A stretch of DNA of 64,000 bases. Origin: Lachnospiraceae bacterium (GTDB lineage Bacteria; Bacillota; Clostridia; Lachnospirales; Lachnospiraceae). Position numbers and translations under genes: made by a program. This document shows positions 20,080-31,331 of this stretch, piece by piece. A model generated the notes under the pieces. That model worked only from the letters and a program-made list of their open reading frames with translations. It ran no database searches and was not told where the DNA came from. The DNA is taken from assembly GCA_015057035.1 (NCBI GenBank), contig SVFC01000007.1:34674-98673 (forward strand), given 5' to 3'. Each line of letters begins with the position of its first letter. Position 1 is the stretch's first letter.

Positions 20080-21669
20080 TTAATTCGCATATTTAGTTTT
20101 GTAAACTTTTATTTCGGAATATTCATCTTTACCGATTAACTCTAGGATACGTGGTGCGTATCTGGCATTATGGAAAGAACCGAGATATTCACATTCTGAT
20201 TCACAGTATCTTAACAAATCTTCAGAAAACATAATGTTACCATACAATGCATTATAATATGGGCGGTGTTCGAAGTAGTAGGTTAGTTCTGCGGAATAAA
20301 AGATATATTCAATTTGGTGCTCTGCGATATACGTATCCAGGGCACCATCTTTTTTCATAACATACGGCAAGTTACGATAGTCATGAAGTGAGCCGTTTTC
20401 AAAATAAAAATCCATATTCAGATTACCAATCACCGAATCTTCCGGAGAAGCATAAGTAGAAATCTGTGACAGATAATCCTCATAGGTTCCGCCGGATAAA
20501 AACGGCTGGATATTCAGAAAACTGATAAAACATACTCCTGAGATTAGAAGTGCATAGGCCGTTCTTTTGACAGCAGTTTCAAACAGGGACAGTGCCATGG
20601 CAGTTAAGAGCCATCCGATTGGGAAGAGAAAAACAATGCTTAACTGACTGAAACGTCCGATCAGAAAAATTCCCGCGATTACGCCGAAACCTGCCCCTAA
20701 TAAGGAAATTGCGTGGTAACAGGATTCCTGAGCTTCAGTTTCTTTGCGCATAACAAAGAAATAGAGTAGCATGAGTAGTGCTACAAACAAAAAGAGCAGA
20801 AGTTGCAGGCGAATGTCCGCTACATAGTAGGTGCCACCTTCCTGTAGAAACAGACGCTGGAAAAATCTCCACAGACCGGACAAGCGGTTGCCTGGGGAAG
20901 CAGTAATGCCAAATTCCTCTGCGCCGTTTGAAAAGTAATGTGTTAAAAACTGGGAATCAAAGCAATAACTTAAAGCCACAAAAACTGCAGCGATGCCACC
21001 GGTGGTGCCGATATAAGTAAGGAGAGGCTTTTTGCTCTCGGCAGGGTGTGTAATTAAGTACACAAGGTAGCCACAGCCTACAGTAGTTGCGATAATGAGA
21101 CTATTTGGATGCAGTCCAACAGAAAGACCGGTTATAATACCAAGCACTACGCCATGTTGGGCAGTGTTTGGTGATTCTTTCAGGAAAAAGATATAGAGAC
21201 ACAGAGTCAGTGCAAGAAGCAATAAACTTTCCTGGCGAGCCATGTGAGAGATATAAATAAATTGAATATCAAAACTATAAAGAACCATCAAAAAGAAAGC
21301 TGTAAGGTGATTTCCGAGCAGCTTCTTTGCTATCTTATAAAAGAAAAACAGGGAGATGGCACAGGCGATTAAAGATATCATCCGAAGAGGAGTGATGGAA
21401 TAGCCTGTGAAAAAGCACATCACAATCTGCAGTGCGTGAAATAGAATCTTTATGGCATGTGGATAGCGTGGCTTGGCGTCAAAAAAAGCCTCAGTCACTG
21501 AAAAGTCTAAATGCTCCGCAATATTGCGGGATAGGCCAGCGAGCCAGCTTTCATCAGAATGAACCCAGGGAAAGTCTGTCAGAAACAGCATGGAAATCAA
21601 AGTATATATAGCAATATAAAATAAGACACCTGCATTAGGATGAAACAAGAATGATTTAATTTTTTTCAT
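20080..21669 (-). CDS. ArnT/PMT-like (GT-C) membrane glycosyltransferase
   Basis: Many TM helices; PWVHSDESW acidic motif after TM1, SHMARQE, HPN. Start MKKIKS after aggagg. Confidence 0.75.
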   Translation of the reverse strand: MKKIKSFLFHPNAGVLFYIAIYTLISMLFLTDFPWVHSDESWLAGLSRNIAEHLDFSVTEAFFDAKPRYPHAIKILFHALQIVMCFFTGYSITPLRMISLIACAISLFFFYKIAKKLLGNHLTAFFLMVLYSFDIQFIYISHMARQESLLLLALTLCLYIFFLKESPNTAQHGVVLGIITGLSVGLHPNSLIIATTVGCGYLVYLITHPAESKKPLLTYIGTTGGIAAVFVALSYCFDSQFLTHYFSNGAEEFGITASPGNRLSGLWRFFQRLFLQEGGTYYVADIRLQLLLFLFVALLMLLYFFVMRKETEAQESCYHAISLLGAGFGVIAGIFLIGRFSQLSIVFLFPIGWLLTAMALSLFETAVKRTAYALLISGVCFISFLNIQPFLSGGTYEDYLSQISTYASPEDSVIGNLNMDFYFENGSLHDYRNLPYVMKKDGALDTYIAEHQIEYIFYSAELTYYFEHRPYYNALYGNIMFSEDLLRYCESECEYLGSFHNARYAPRILELIGKDEYSEIKVYKTKYAN

Positions 21670-21922
21670 AAAAACAGGACCTCCTAAATTGTTGCTGTGG
21701 ATAGATTTTAGCATAGAATCGTAAATATGTCATAAAAAAGTTTGTTATTAAATTAACAGATACAATATAAGCAAAAACTATAGCCCATTGAATGAAAAAT
21801 AAAGTACAATATATGGTGATATAAAAGGGTGTTGTTTGATTTGAGGCGTCAAACGACAGTCTGTGCATTTATTACTTAACAATTTAATATGAATAACTAT
21901 CTTAAACTTAAGGAGGATTGTT

Positions 21923-22843
21923 ATGCGTAAAGTTTCTAGAAAAATAACAATCTTTTTGGCTATGGTCATGTTGGTATCCACATTTACAGGATGCAACACT
22001 CATCAGTATGCAGAGACAGAGGAATCCCTCATTGTTAGTGCAGAAGAGTTAAAGGGCTATATTGGCAAAGAGAATGTTGTGATTGTGGACATGCAATCTG
22101 CAGATGGTTACGCAGCAGGTCATGTAGAAGGAGCGGTGAACATCCAGAACGGCGATATTACAATCAGTGTTCCAGTAAGCACTATGCTCACATCTGCTAA
22201 GAAGATGGAAAGTCTGATGGGAAGCAAGGGCATCTCAAATGATACACTTGTAATTGCATACGACACAAACAAGATGAGTGCATCCCGTCTTTTATGGTCC
22301 TTATTTATGTATGGACATGAGAATGTAAAAGTTGTTGACGGTGGTCTTGATGCAATTAAAGCAGCAGGCATTACATTAACAACGGATGTTCCGACTGTAA
22401 CCGAGACTACATTTACAGCAAAAGAACCATCACAGAACTGGTTAGCAACAAAGAAAGAAGTTTTAGCACAGGTGAATAATCCAAATGCAAACGTAATTCT
22501 TTTGGACGTTCGTTCTGATGCAGAATATTACGAAGAAGGAAAGATTCCTACATCTATAATGAGAGAGTATATCAACAACTTCTATTCAGTAGATGGAACC
22601 TTCAAATCTGTTCAGACAACTAAGATCGATTATCTTGAACTTGGAATTTATCCAGAAAATGAGATTATCATTTTCTGTAAATCTTCTATGAGAGCTTGTC
22701 CGGTATTTGTACAGCTTTATGAAGCAGGATACCGTAACATTCGCATTTATGATGGAGCATTTTTGGAATGGTCTTCAGACTCTACGAATCCAATCGAAAT
22801 GCCAGAAGGTACCAAAGCACCTGAAAAGAACGATGCGTCATAA
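21923..22843 (+). CDS. two-domain rhodanese sulfurtransferase lipoprotein
   Basis: Lipobox FTGC; GHVEGAVN, VKVVDGG, LLDVRS, active loop FCKSSMRA, IYDGAFLEWS. Confidence 0.87.
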   Translation: MRKVSRKITIFLAMVMLVSTFTGCNTHQYAETEESLIVSAEELKGYIGKENVVIVDMQSADGYAAGHVEGAVNIQNGDITISVPVSTMLTSAKKMESLMGSKGISNDTLVIAYDTNKMSASRLLWSLFMYGHENVKVVDGGLDAIKAAGITLTTDVPTVTETTFTAKEPSQNWLATKKEVLAQVNNPNANVILLDVRSDAEYYEEGKIPTSIMREYINNFYSVDGTFKSVQTTKIDYLELGIYPENEIIIFCKSSMRACPVFVQLYEAGYRNIRIYDGAFLEWSSDSTNPIEMPEGTKAPEKNDAS

Positions 22844-22897
22844 GACGTTCGTATAAAAATTTAACCCTATTGGGAAGAAAAAGAGAGGAAACTATTT

Positions 22898-23812
22898 ATG
22901 AAGAAGTTAGTATCTTTATTACTTTGCCTTGTTTTAGTATTAAGCATGGCAGCATGTGGTAACCCATCTGTTACCCCATCTGAAAATCCAGGAACACAGA
23001 ACAGCCAGAATTCTGAAACACCAGAAACAGATGTAGTAAAAGAAGCGGCAATGGCTTACTTTGCAAACTTTGCAGATGACAGAAACATCATCTCTACTGC
23101 AAAATTACTTGAAAAAATCGATGCTAAGGAAGATATGTTCATCCTTGACATTCGTAGTGCTGAAGATTATGGCAAATCTCACTTAAAGGGCGCTGTGAAT
23201 GCTCCATATGGTACAGGTGTTGTTGAAGCATTAGAACACATTCCAAATGACGTACCAGTATACGTTAACTGCTACAGTGGACAGACATCTTCACAGACTG
23301 TTGCATTACTTCGCGCAGCCGGAAAATATGCTGTAAATATCAGCAGCGGTTTCAACAGTGGTATTTCTAAAACAGAAGGTATCGATGCATATCTTGAAAC
23401 AACTGTAAATCCACTTCCAACTGAAACATATGAAGTTGATGACAAGATTGAAGCAGCTATCGCTAAATATTATACAGATGCTACTTCTGGAAACTTCAAA
23501 AACTTCCACTTTGGCGTTGATAAAGTAAAAGAACTTGTTGACGCACAGAGTGATGCATATGTAATTCTTGATGTTCGTTCAGCAGATGATTATGCGAAGG
23601 GACATATTGCAGGAGCAATCAATATTCCATTCGGAAAGAATATGCAGGAAGCTTTCAACACAATTCCTGAAGGAAAACCAGTAGTTATCACTTGCTACAG
23701 TGGACAGACAGCTTCTCAGGTACTTGGCGTTCTTCGTCTTCTTGGATACGAAGCATATAATATGCCAGGTGGTATGAACAATGGTTGGAAAGATAACCCA
23801 GTAGTTCAGTAA
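22898..23812 (+). CDS. tandem rhodanese-domain lipoprotein with two catalytic Cys loops
   Basis: Lipobox MAAC; duplicated ILD(I/V)RSA.DY.K.H..GA.N.P.G and CYSGQT(S/A)SQ. Confidence 0.87.
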   Translation: MKKLVSLLLCLVLVLSMAACGNPSVTPSENPGTQNSQNSETPETDVVKEAAMAYFANFADDRNIISTAKLLEKIDAKEDMFILDIRSAEDYGKSHLKGAVNAPYGTGVVEALEHIPNDVPVYVNCYSGQTSSQTVALLRAAGKYAVNISSGFNSGISKTEGIDAYLETTVNPLPTETYEVDDKIEAAIAKYYTDATSGNFKNFHFGVDKVKELVDAQSDAYVILDVRSADDYAKGHIAGAINIPFGKNMQEAFNTIPEGKPVVITCYSGQTASQVLGVLRLLGYEAYNMPGGMNNGWKDNPVVQ

Positions 23813-23823
23813 TAAATGAGCAT

Positions 23824-23857
23824 AAAAGAGCGTTCGCCTTTCGGCGAACGCTCTTTT
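23824..23857. terminator. bidirectional terminator
   Basis: aaaagagcgttcgcc-tttc-ggcgaacgctctttt perfect inverted repeat. Confidence 0.85.
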
Positions 23858-23880
23858 GATTTTGTATATTTAGTTTTGTA

Positions 23881-24084
23881 TTAAATTCGAATGTCTACAT
23901 TGCCGCCTAAATGTGGTGTCACGGACTGTTCCATCATCTGAATTAACTGGGTATTCATGGCTTCATTCATCTCCATGGTTTGATCCAGCATCTCGATGCT
24001 AACAGCCTGTCCTAAACTTCCAGTTGCATATGGTCCGTATGCGCTTAACGCACTTAGTGCAGAAGATACAGCTGTAATATCCAT
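23881..24084 (-). CDS. YjfB-family small protein
   Basis: MDI...S; C-terminal MMEQSVTPHLGGNVDIRI signature; strong RBS aaggagg. Confidence 0.8.
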   Translation of the reverse strand: MDITAVSSALSALSAYGPYATGSLGQAVSIEMLDQTMEMNEAMNTQLIQMMEQSVTPHLGGNVDIRI

Positions 24085-24404
24085 AAAATCCCCTCCTTCG
24101 TAATCTTATTGTAAATATATTATGCCACGGGCAAGGAGAAAAAGCAAGACGATAAAAAATCTCAATAAATTGCATCTATTGTCTTGTACAAGTTGCAAAA
24201 AATATAAATAGAAATAATTTAAAAAACATATAAATGTACAATATGCACAAAAGAAATGAACAGTTTTTGAACATAATATGAAAATTGCGCAGAGATAGAG
24301 CAAAATATGCAATGTTTTAAAGAATTAAACAACATATGAGTGGTTTTATTGGTAAAAAGTTGATACTCTACTAACATAAAGAAGTAATACTTAAGGAGGA
24401 ATTT

Positions 24405-25754
24405 ATGATGAAACGTTGTACCAAGTTCTTAGCACTTTTGTTAGCAGTAGTTCTTTTAGCGGCGGAAGCCACTGTTCCTGTTTCTGCAAGTATAGATGCA
24501 GAAAATGACAATACTTTTTCTGTATTATCATTGAATGTAGCTGGCCTTCCTGCAATTTTATCAAGCAGTGATCCAGCAGAAAATACTGTACAGATGAGTC
24601 CATTACTGAATAACTACGATATCGTAAGCGTTCAGGAAGATTTTTCTTATCATGATGACTTGATTTCACAGTTAACACTTCCATACAGAACAGAACACAG
24701 CGGCAATGTTGTTGTGGGCGATGGTATGAACATTTTCTCTAAATTCCCTATTTATTTAGAGACCAGATATGAATGGGAAGATAGATATGGTTTAATTAAC
24801 AATGGTGCTGACCAGTTAACACCAAAGGGAATTATCTATACCTCTATTGAGATTGAACCAGGATATTTCGTTGACGTATATAATCTTCATACAGATGCGG
24901 ATTGCGATGAAAAATCTTTAGAAGCAAGACGTTCTAATATGAATCAGCTTGCAGCTCTTATTAAGGAACGTTCTGAAGGTCATGCAGTGATTGTTGTTGG
25001 TGACACAAACTCACGTTACACAAGAGCAGAAGACAACTTTGAAACAGCTGTTCTTGATGCATGTGGATTAAGAGACCCATGGGTTGACTTAAAATGTGGT
25101 GGTGTTAGACCAGCAGATGGCGAAGCGTTATTTGATTATGACAATGTGAATAGTGCTGGACATGAAGTTGTAGATAAAATCTGGTACAGAAGTGGCAAGA
25201 ACGTTGAATTGTTTGCAGAGTCTTATGATTTACTTGCTACAGAGTTTACAGATGCAGAAGGTAATCAGTTATCTGACCATTATCCAATTTCAGCTGTATT
25301 TTCATATCAGTTAAATCCTACCTATAAGACCAGTGATACCTATGGTGGCGGCGGTGGAGAAGGCTTCACATTCTTAGAAGAAATGGGCGAAGCTTTACCA
25401 GATAGTGTTACAATTAATACTGGCGACAGATTAGATAGAGTGGCTATGACATATGGCGATGTAGTTGTTGCTGCAGGTGGAGATGGTGGCAATGCTCAGA
25501 CTTACGAGTTTGAAGAAGGCGAATATATTACCCAGATGACGGTAAGTAAAGTGAAGAAATCATTATTCGGAACCTATCGTATTAGTTACATTAAGTTAGT
25601 AACTAACTATGGTACAGTGATTGAAGGCGGTACTTATAAGAGTAAAAATAGCATGACTTTCGTAGCTCCGGAAGGATATGCAATTGGTGGTTTCCAGGGT
25701 CATGCAGGCGATGAAATCGACAGACTTGGCTGTGTATATTTGTTGGTTGAATAA
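24405..25754 (+). CDS. secreted endonuclease/exonuclease/phosphatase (sphingomyelinase-like) fused to a jacalin-like lectin
   Basis: Signal peptide; LSLNVAGLP, VQEDF, YNLH, GDTN, DKIWYR, SDHYP; C-terminal GGGGG.GF...GG.GG...G..GDEIDRLG. Confidence 0.8.
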   Translation: MMKRCTKFLALLLAVVLLAAEATVPVSASIDAENDNTFSVLSLNVAGLPAILSSSDPAENTVQMSPLLNNYDIVSVQEDFSYHDDLISQLTLPYRTEHSGNVVVGDGMNIFSKFPIYLETRYEWEDRYGLINNGADQLTPKGIIYTSIEIEPGYFVDVYNLHTDADCDEKSLEARRSNMNQLAALIKERSEGHAVIVVGDTNSRYTRAEDNFETAVLDACGLRDPWVDLKCGGVRPADGEALFDYDNVNSAGHEVVDKIWYRSGKNVELFAESYDLLATEFTDAEGNQLSDHYPISAVFSYQLNPTYKTSDTYGGGGGEGFTFLEEMGEALPDSVTINTGDRLDRVAMTYGDVVVAAGGDGGNAQTYEFEEGEYITQMTVSKVKKSLFGTYRISYIKLVTNYGTVIEGGTYKSKNSMTFVAPEGYAIGGFQGHAGDEIDRLGCVYLLVE

Positions 25755-25788
25755 GTTGTATGAAGTAACAGAGGGGTGTTATTACATA

Positions 25789-25828
25789 GAGGGCGTAGAC
25801 GTAAGAGGCGTTTACGTCCTCATTTTTT
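25789..25828 (+). terminator. intrinsic terminator
   Basis: gagggcgtagacg...cgtttacgtcctc hairpin plus T tract. Confidence 0.65.
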
Positions 25829-25925
25829 ATGTATTTGTTTGTGGAAATTCTGTGTGTGTAGAGTTATAATATAGCCATATTTCAGGTGATGGTTCTAAGA
25901 AAAGGAATTACAGAAAGGATACAGG

Positions 25926-26834
25926 ATGTTTGATGTTTTAGTTCGTGCAGGTTGTTTTATCTCAATTATTATTGCAGGATACCTGTTGCGTAAGTTCGGT
26001 TTTTTTAAAGAAGGTGATTTTTCGGTATTATCTAGAATTGTGCTTAAAATCACGCTTCCTGCAGCATTTATATCTAATTTCGCAGGAAAAGAAATTGACC
26101 CATCTATGCTGTTTGTGGCGTTACTTGCCTTTGGTATGGGTGTTTTGTATATGATTATTGGATATTTGATTAATATTCGTAAAGGCAAAGAGGAGCAGGC
26201 TTTTGGGCTTCTTAATTTGCCAGGATACAATATTGGAAACTTTACTTTACCATTTGTTCAGAGTTTTGTAGGACCAATAGGTGTGATTACCACTAGTATT
26301 TTTGATGTGGGGAATGCCTTTGTGTGTTTGGGAGGCGCTTTTGGAGTGGCATCATCTCTGAAAGGAGAGGGGAAGTTTTCTTTCAAGAGAATTTTAAAGG
26401 CTTTGTCCCGTTCGGTGGCATTCTTGACCTGTGTTACTATGGTAACCTTAGGATTGCTTAAGATATCCATTCCATCACCAATCGTTTCTCTTGCTGAAAT
26501 TGTTGGGGGAGCAAATGCTTTTCTGGCAATGCTGATGATTGGTGTGGGATTTAAGCTGTCTGGGGACAAGAGTCAGATTGGAACGATTGTGAAAATGCTT
26601 TCGATTCGATATGGTATTGCTTTTGTTTTTGCGGGGCTTGTGTATTATTTCCTGCCAATGGAATTTGAAGCAAAACTTGCCATTATGATTCTTGCATTTA
26701 GCCCAATCGGTTCTGCAGTACCGGGATTTACAGAAGAATTAAAAGGCGATGTTGGATTGTCCAGTGCAATCAATTCAATCTCCATTATTTGCAGTATTGT
26801 GTTTATTGTTTCTATTTTAATGATTATGTTGTAG
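25926..26834 (+). CDS. AEC (auxin efflux carrier / malate permease) family transporter
   Basis: KITLPA, GYNIGNFTLPF, ANAFLAMLMIG; about 10 TM helices. Confidence 0.85.
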   Translation: MFDVLVRAGCFISIIIAGYLLRKFGFFKEGDFSVLSRIVLKITLPAAFISNFAGKEIDPSMLFVALLAFGMGVLYMIIGYLINIRKGKEEQAFGLLNLPGYNIGNFTLPFVQSFVGPIGVITTSIFDVGNAFVCLGGAFGVASSLKGEGKFSFKRILKALSRSVAFLTCVTMVTLGLLKISIPSPIVSLAEIVGGANAFLAMLMIGVGFKLSGDKSQIGTIVKMLSIRYGIAFVFAGLVYYFLPMEFEAKLAIMILAFSPIGSAVPGFTEELKGDVGLSSAINSISIICSIVFIVSILMIML

Positions 26835-26877
26835 AAAAAACTGTGTCTGTTCACTTGTGTGATGGACACAGTTTTTT
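26835..26877 (+). terminator. intrinsic terminator
   Basis: aaaaaactgtgtc...gacacagtttttt inverted repeat. Confidence 0.7.
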
Positions 26878-26962
26878 ATTTGAGTTGTATTTTGGAAGGA
26901 AATAAAGGGCGTTGAATGAAATTAATTGCAACTGGTAAATATATGAATATAAACATATTTGA

Positions 26963-28261
<1,299 letters not shown>

Positions 28262-28392
28262 TGCATTTTGCTATTAACGAAAAAAAGCGAAAATATTGTG
28301 TTTACCTTTTGTTATTTTCGTGTTAAAATTCATTTTAAGATATGGTATTTTATGTATTATGTCTAAAAATAAGGGAAAGAGAGAGGAATACT

Positions 28393-31023
28393 ATGAAGAA
28401 GAGACTTTTGGCAATTCTGTTAGTATTAGTTATGGTGGTTTCTACACTTAGTGCATGTAATGGGAATCCAGATAATACTGAAACAGAAAACACACAGACA
28501 GAAGGTTCAGAAACAGGAAGTGAAGTAGGTGGTAGTGAAGATGTTGTAGCAAAACCACTTACTGTTAAGTTGCACTATCATCGTGCAGATGGCAATTACG
28601 AAAATTGGACAGTTTGGGGCTGGGAAGAAGGAACTGCTGGCGAAAGCTATCCATTTGTAGAAGAAGATGGGGATATGGTTGCTACTATTATTGTAGATGC
28701 TGGCGCTCCAAAATTAGGATACATTGTTCGTCTTGGTAACTGGGAGCAGAAGGATATTGCAGAAGATCAGTTTATTGAAGTTGCACAGTATCTTGGTGGT
28801 ACAATTCATGTGTATGTTGAGTCCGGTGTTGCTGGTCATACTATTAAGGAAGCAGATGACGTTGTGACAGGAACAAAACTTGTTTCTGCAAAATACGATG
28901 GTTCAAAAATTGCTGTTAACATTGCAGGAGATAAGGTTGAACTTACAAAGGAAAGTTTTGTAATTAAAGGTAGTGAAGGTAATATTGAGATTACAGAAGT
29001 TTCCGGTTCTGGAAGTAATGTTGTAGTTAAAGTAGCGAAAGAGTTGGATCTTATGAAATCATATACCATTACATTTGCTGGAACAACAGTTGGTATCCAG
29101 ATGCCAGATTTTTATTCAACAACTGAATTTGAATCTAAATATACATATACAGGAAACGATTTAGGAGCAAACTGGAGTAAATCTGCAACAACATTCCGTG
29201 TATGGGCTCCAACAGCAGAATCTGTTAAAGTAAATCTTTACCAGTCTGGAACAAAAGGAACTAATGATTTAATTAAATCTATTGATATGAAGGCAGATGT
29301 GAATGGTACATGGGTTGCCACAGAAACTGGCGATTTAAATGGTACATATTACACATATTCTGTAAATGTTAATGGTTCAGTAAGAGAGGCATGCGATCCA
29401 TATGCACGTACAACTGGTGTAAATGGTGACCGTGCAATGGTTATCGATTTAGATTCTACAGATCCAGAGGGCTGGGATAAGGACAAAAATCCAAATGCAA
29501 GCCTTGCATTTAATGATGCTGTTATTTATGAACTTCATATTCGTGATTTAAGTACTGATGCTAGTGCTGGTATCACAAATATTGGAAAATACTTAGGATT
29601 AACAGAGCATGGAACAAAAACACCAGGTGGAGTAGCAACTGGTATTGACCATATCAAAGATTTAGGAATTACACATTTACATTTATTACCAGTATATGAC
29701 TATGGCTCAGTAGATGAAACTAAATTAAATACGCCACAGTTTAACTGGGGATATGATCCAGAAAACTATAATGTGCCAGAAGGTTCATATTCAACAGATC
29801 CATACAATGGAGAGGTTCGCGTAAAAGAATTTAAACAGATGGTTCAGTCACTTCATAACGACGGAATCAGCGTTGTTATGGACGTTGTATATAACCATGT
29901 ATATGATGCACAGGGATATTGTTTTAACAATATCGTTCCTGAATACTTCTCACGTGTATCAAATGGTGTTTACTCACAGGGATCTGGTTGTGGTAATGAT
30001 ACAGCTTCAGAACGTTCTATGGTAAGTAAATATATTGTTGATTCTATTCTTTATTGGGTAGAAGAATATCATATCGATGGTTTCCGTTTTGACCTTGTTG
30101 GATTAATCGATACAAAAACTATCAATACTATTATGGAAGAAGTTCATAAGATTCGTCCAGACGTAGTGTTCTATGGCGAAGGTTGGACAATGAGCACTAA
30201 TGTTACAAAATTTGGTTACACAATGACAACACAGACAAACTCTCAGATGGTTCCAGGTTTTGCTTTCTTTAGTGATACCATTCGTGATGCGATTAAGGGA
30301 AGCGTATTTGATACAGGTGCAGGTTATGTTTCTGGTGCATCAGGAAAAGCGTCTACTATTACACAGTGCTTGATTGGGTTTGCAGGTGGTTGGTGTAAGA
30401 CACCAGCACAGGCAATCAACTATGCATCATGTCATGATAATAATACATTATTTGACAGACTTCAGATTTCAAGAAAAGATGCTAGCAAAGAAGATTTAAT
30501 CAAAATGAACAATCTTGCTGCAGCAATTTATATGACTGCTCAGGGTATTCCATTTATGCAGGCGGGCGAAGAAATGCTTCGTACTAAAGTAAATGCAGAT
30601 GGAAGTTTTAATGAAAATAGCTACAATGCTACAGATGCAGTAAACAGTATTAAGTGGTCTACACTTGAAGACGATACATATCAGGATGTTGTAAACTACT
30701 ATAAGGGTCTTATCGCATTTAGAAAAGCACATGGTGCACTTCGTCTAACAAATGCAACAGATGTTAATAATCATGTGACAAAAATTTCAGGTCTTCCAAC
30801 AAATGTTGTAGCAGTAAACATTTCTGGCGGCGTTAATGGAGAAACAGCAAAGAATATTTACGTTGTATTTAACGCAAATAATACTGATGCTTCAATTACA
30901 CTTCCAGAAGGAAACTGGAACGTATATGTAAATGCTGATAATGCAGGTACAACAGTACTTGGTACTGTATCTGGAACAATTACAGTAGAAGCAATCTCTG
31001 CTTTAGTTCTTGTTCAGGAATAA
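28393..31023 (+). CDS. pulA: type I pullulanase (GH13) lipoprotein with N-terminal carbohydrate-binding modules
   Basis: Lipobox LSAC; LHYHRADGNY..W.VW, FRVWAPTA, YELHIRD, NWGYDP.NY.VPEGSY, DVVYNH, DGFRFDLVG, YGEGW, CHDN. Confidence 0.92.
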   Translation: MKKRLLAILLVLVMVVSTLSACNGNPDNTETENTQTEGSETGSEVGGSEDVVAKPLTVKLHYHRADGNYENWTVWGWEEGTAGESYPFVEEDGDMVATIIVDAGAPKLGYIVRLGNWEQKDIAEDQFIEVAQYLGGTIHVYVESGVAGHTIKEADDVVTGTKLVSAKYDGSKIAVNIAGDKVELTKESFVIKGSEGNIEITEVSGSGSNVVVKVAKELDLMKSYTITFAGTTVGIQMPDFYSTTEFESKYTYTGNDLGANWSKSATTFRVWAPTAESVKVNLYQSGTKGTNDLIKSIDMKADVNGTWVATETGDLNGTYYTYSVNVNGSVREACDPYARTTGVNGDRAMVIDLDSTDPEGWDKDKNPNASLAFNDAVIYELHIRDLSTDASAGITNIGKYLGLTEHGTKTPGGVATGIDHIKDLGITHLHLLPVYDYGSVDETKLNTPQFNWGYDPENYNVPEGSYSTDPYNGEVRVKEFKQMVQSLHNDGISVVMDVVYNHVYDAQGYCFNNIVPEYFSRVSNGVYSQGSGCGNDTASERSMVSKYIVDSILYWVEEYHIDGFRFDLVGLIDTKTINTIMEEVHKIRPDVVFYGEGWTMSTNVTKFGYTMTTQTNSQMVPGFAFFSDTIRDAIKGSVFDTGAGYVSGASGKASTITQCLIGFAGGWCKTPAQAINYASCHDNNTLFDRLQISRKDASKEDLIKMNNLAAAIYMTAQGIPFMQAGEEMLRTKVNADGSFNENSYNATDAVNSIKWSTLEDDTYQDVVNYYKGLIAFRKAHGALRLTNATDVNNHVTKISGLPTNVVAVNISGGVNGETAKNIYVVFNANNTDASITLPEGNWNVYVNADNAGTTVLGTVSGTITVEAISALVLVQE

Positions 31024-31094
31024 TATAATATTATGTATAAATACAAATCGTATTGCAAATACTAAGTAAGACAATTATGTAAAGAGGTGTTTTA

Positions 31095-31280
31095 ATGAAG
31101 TATTTTGTAAACGAAAACTGTATCGGCTGTGGATTATGTACGAATGTTTGTCCAGAGGTTTTTGCAATGTCAGATGCTGGGGTTGCGGTGGCATCTGGAA
31201 ATGATGTACCTGAAACACAGATGGAAAGTGCCAAAGAAGCGGCGCACGGCTGTCCAGTAGATGCAATTGAAGAATGCTAA
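31095..31280 (+). CDS. single-cluster ferredoxin
   Basis: CIGCGLC...CPEVF...CPVDAI; RBS agaggtg. Confidence 0.9.
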   Translation: MKYFVNENCIGCGLCTNVCPEVFAMSDAGVAVASGNDVPETQMESAKEAAHGCPVDAIEEC

Positions 31281-31284
31281 GAAG

Positions 31285-31319
31285 AAGGGAATGTTACAAG
31301 TGATGTGACATTCCCTTTT
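31285..31319 (+). terminator. intrinsic terminator
   Basis: aagggaatgttaca...tgtgacattcccttt hairpin. Confidence 0.75.
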
Positions 31320-31331
31320 GCATTTTAGGTA

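Noticed and set aside
10207-23812. Selenoprotein / selenium-utilisation cluster (YedE, TusA and LysR often accompany Se genes)
   Set aside because: All recognisable active-site positions are Cys, no ORF appears cut at an in-frame TGA, and no selA/B/D gene is in the window. A selenium substrate is not excluded but is unsupported.
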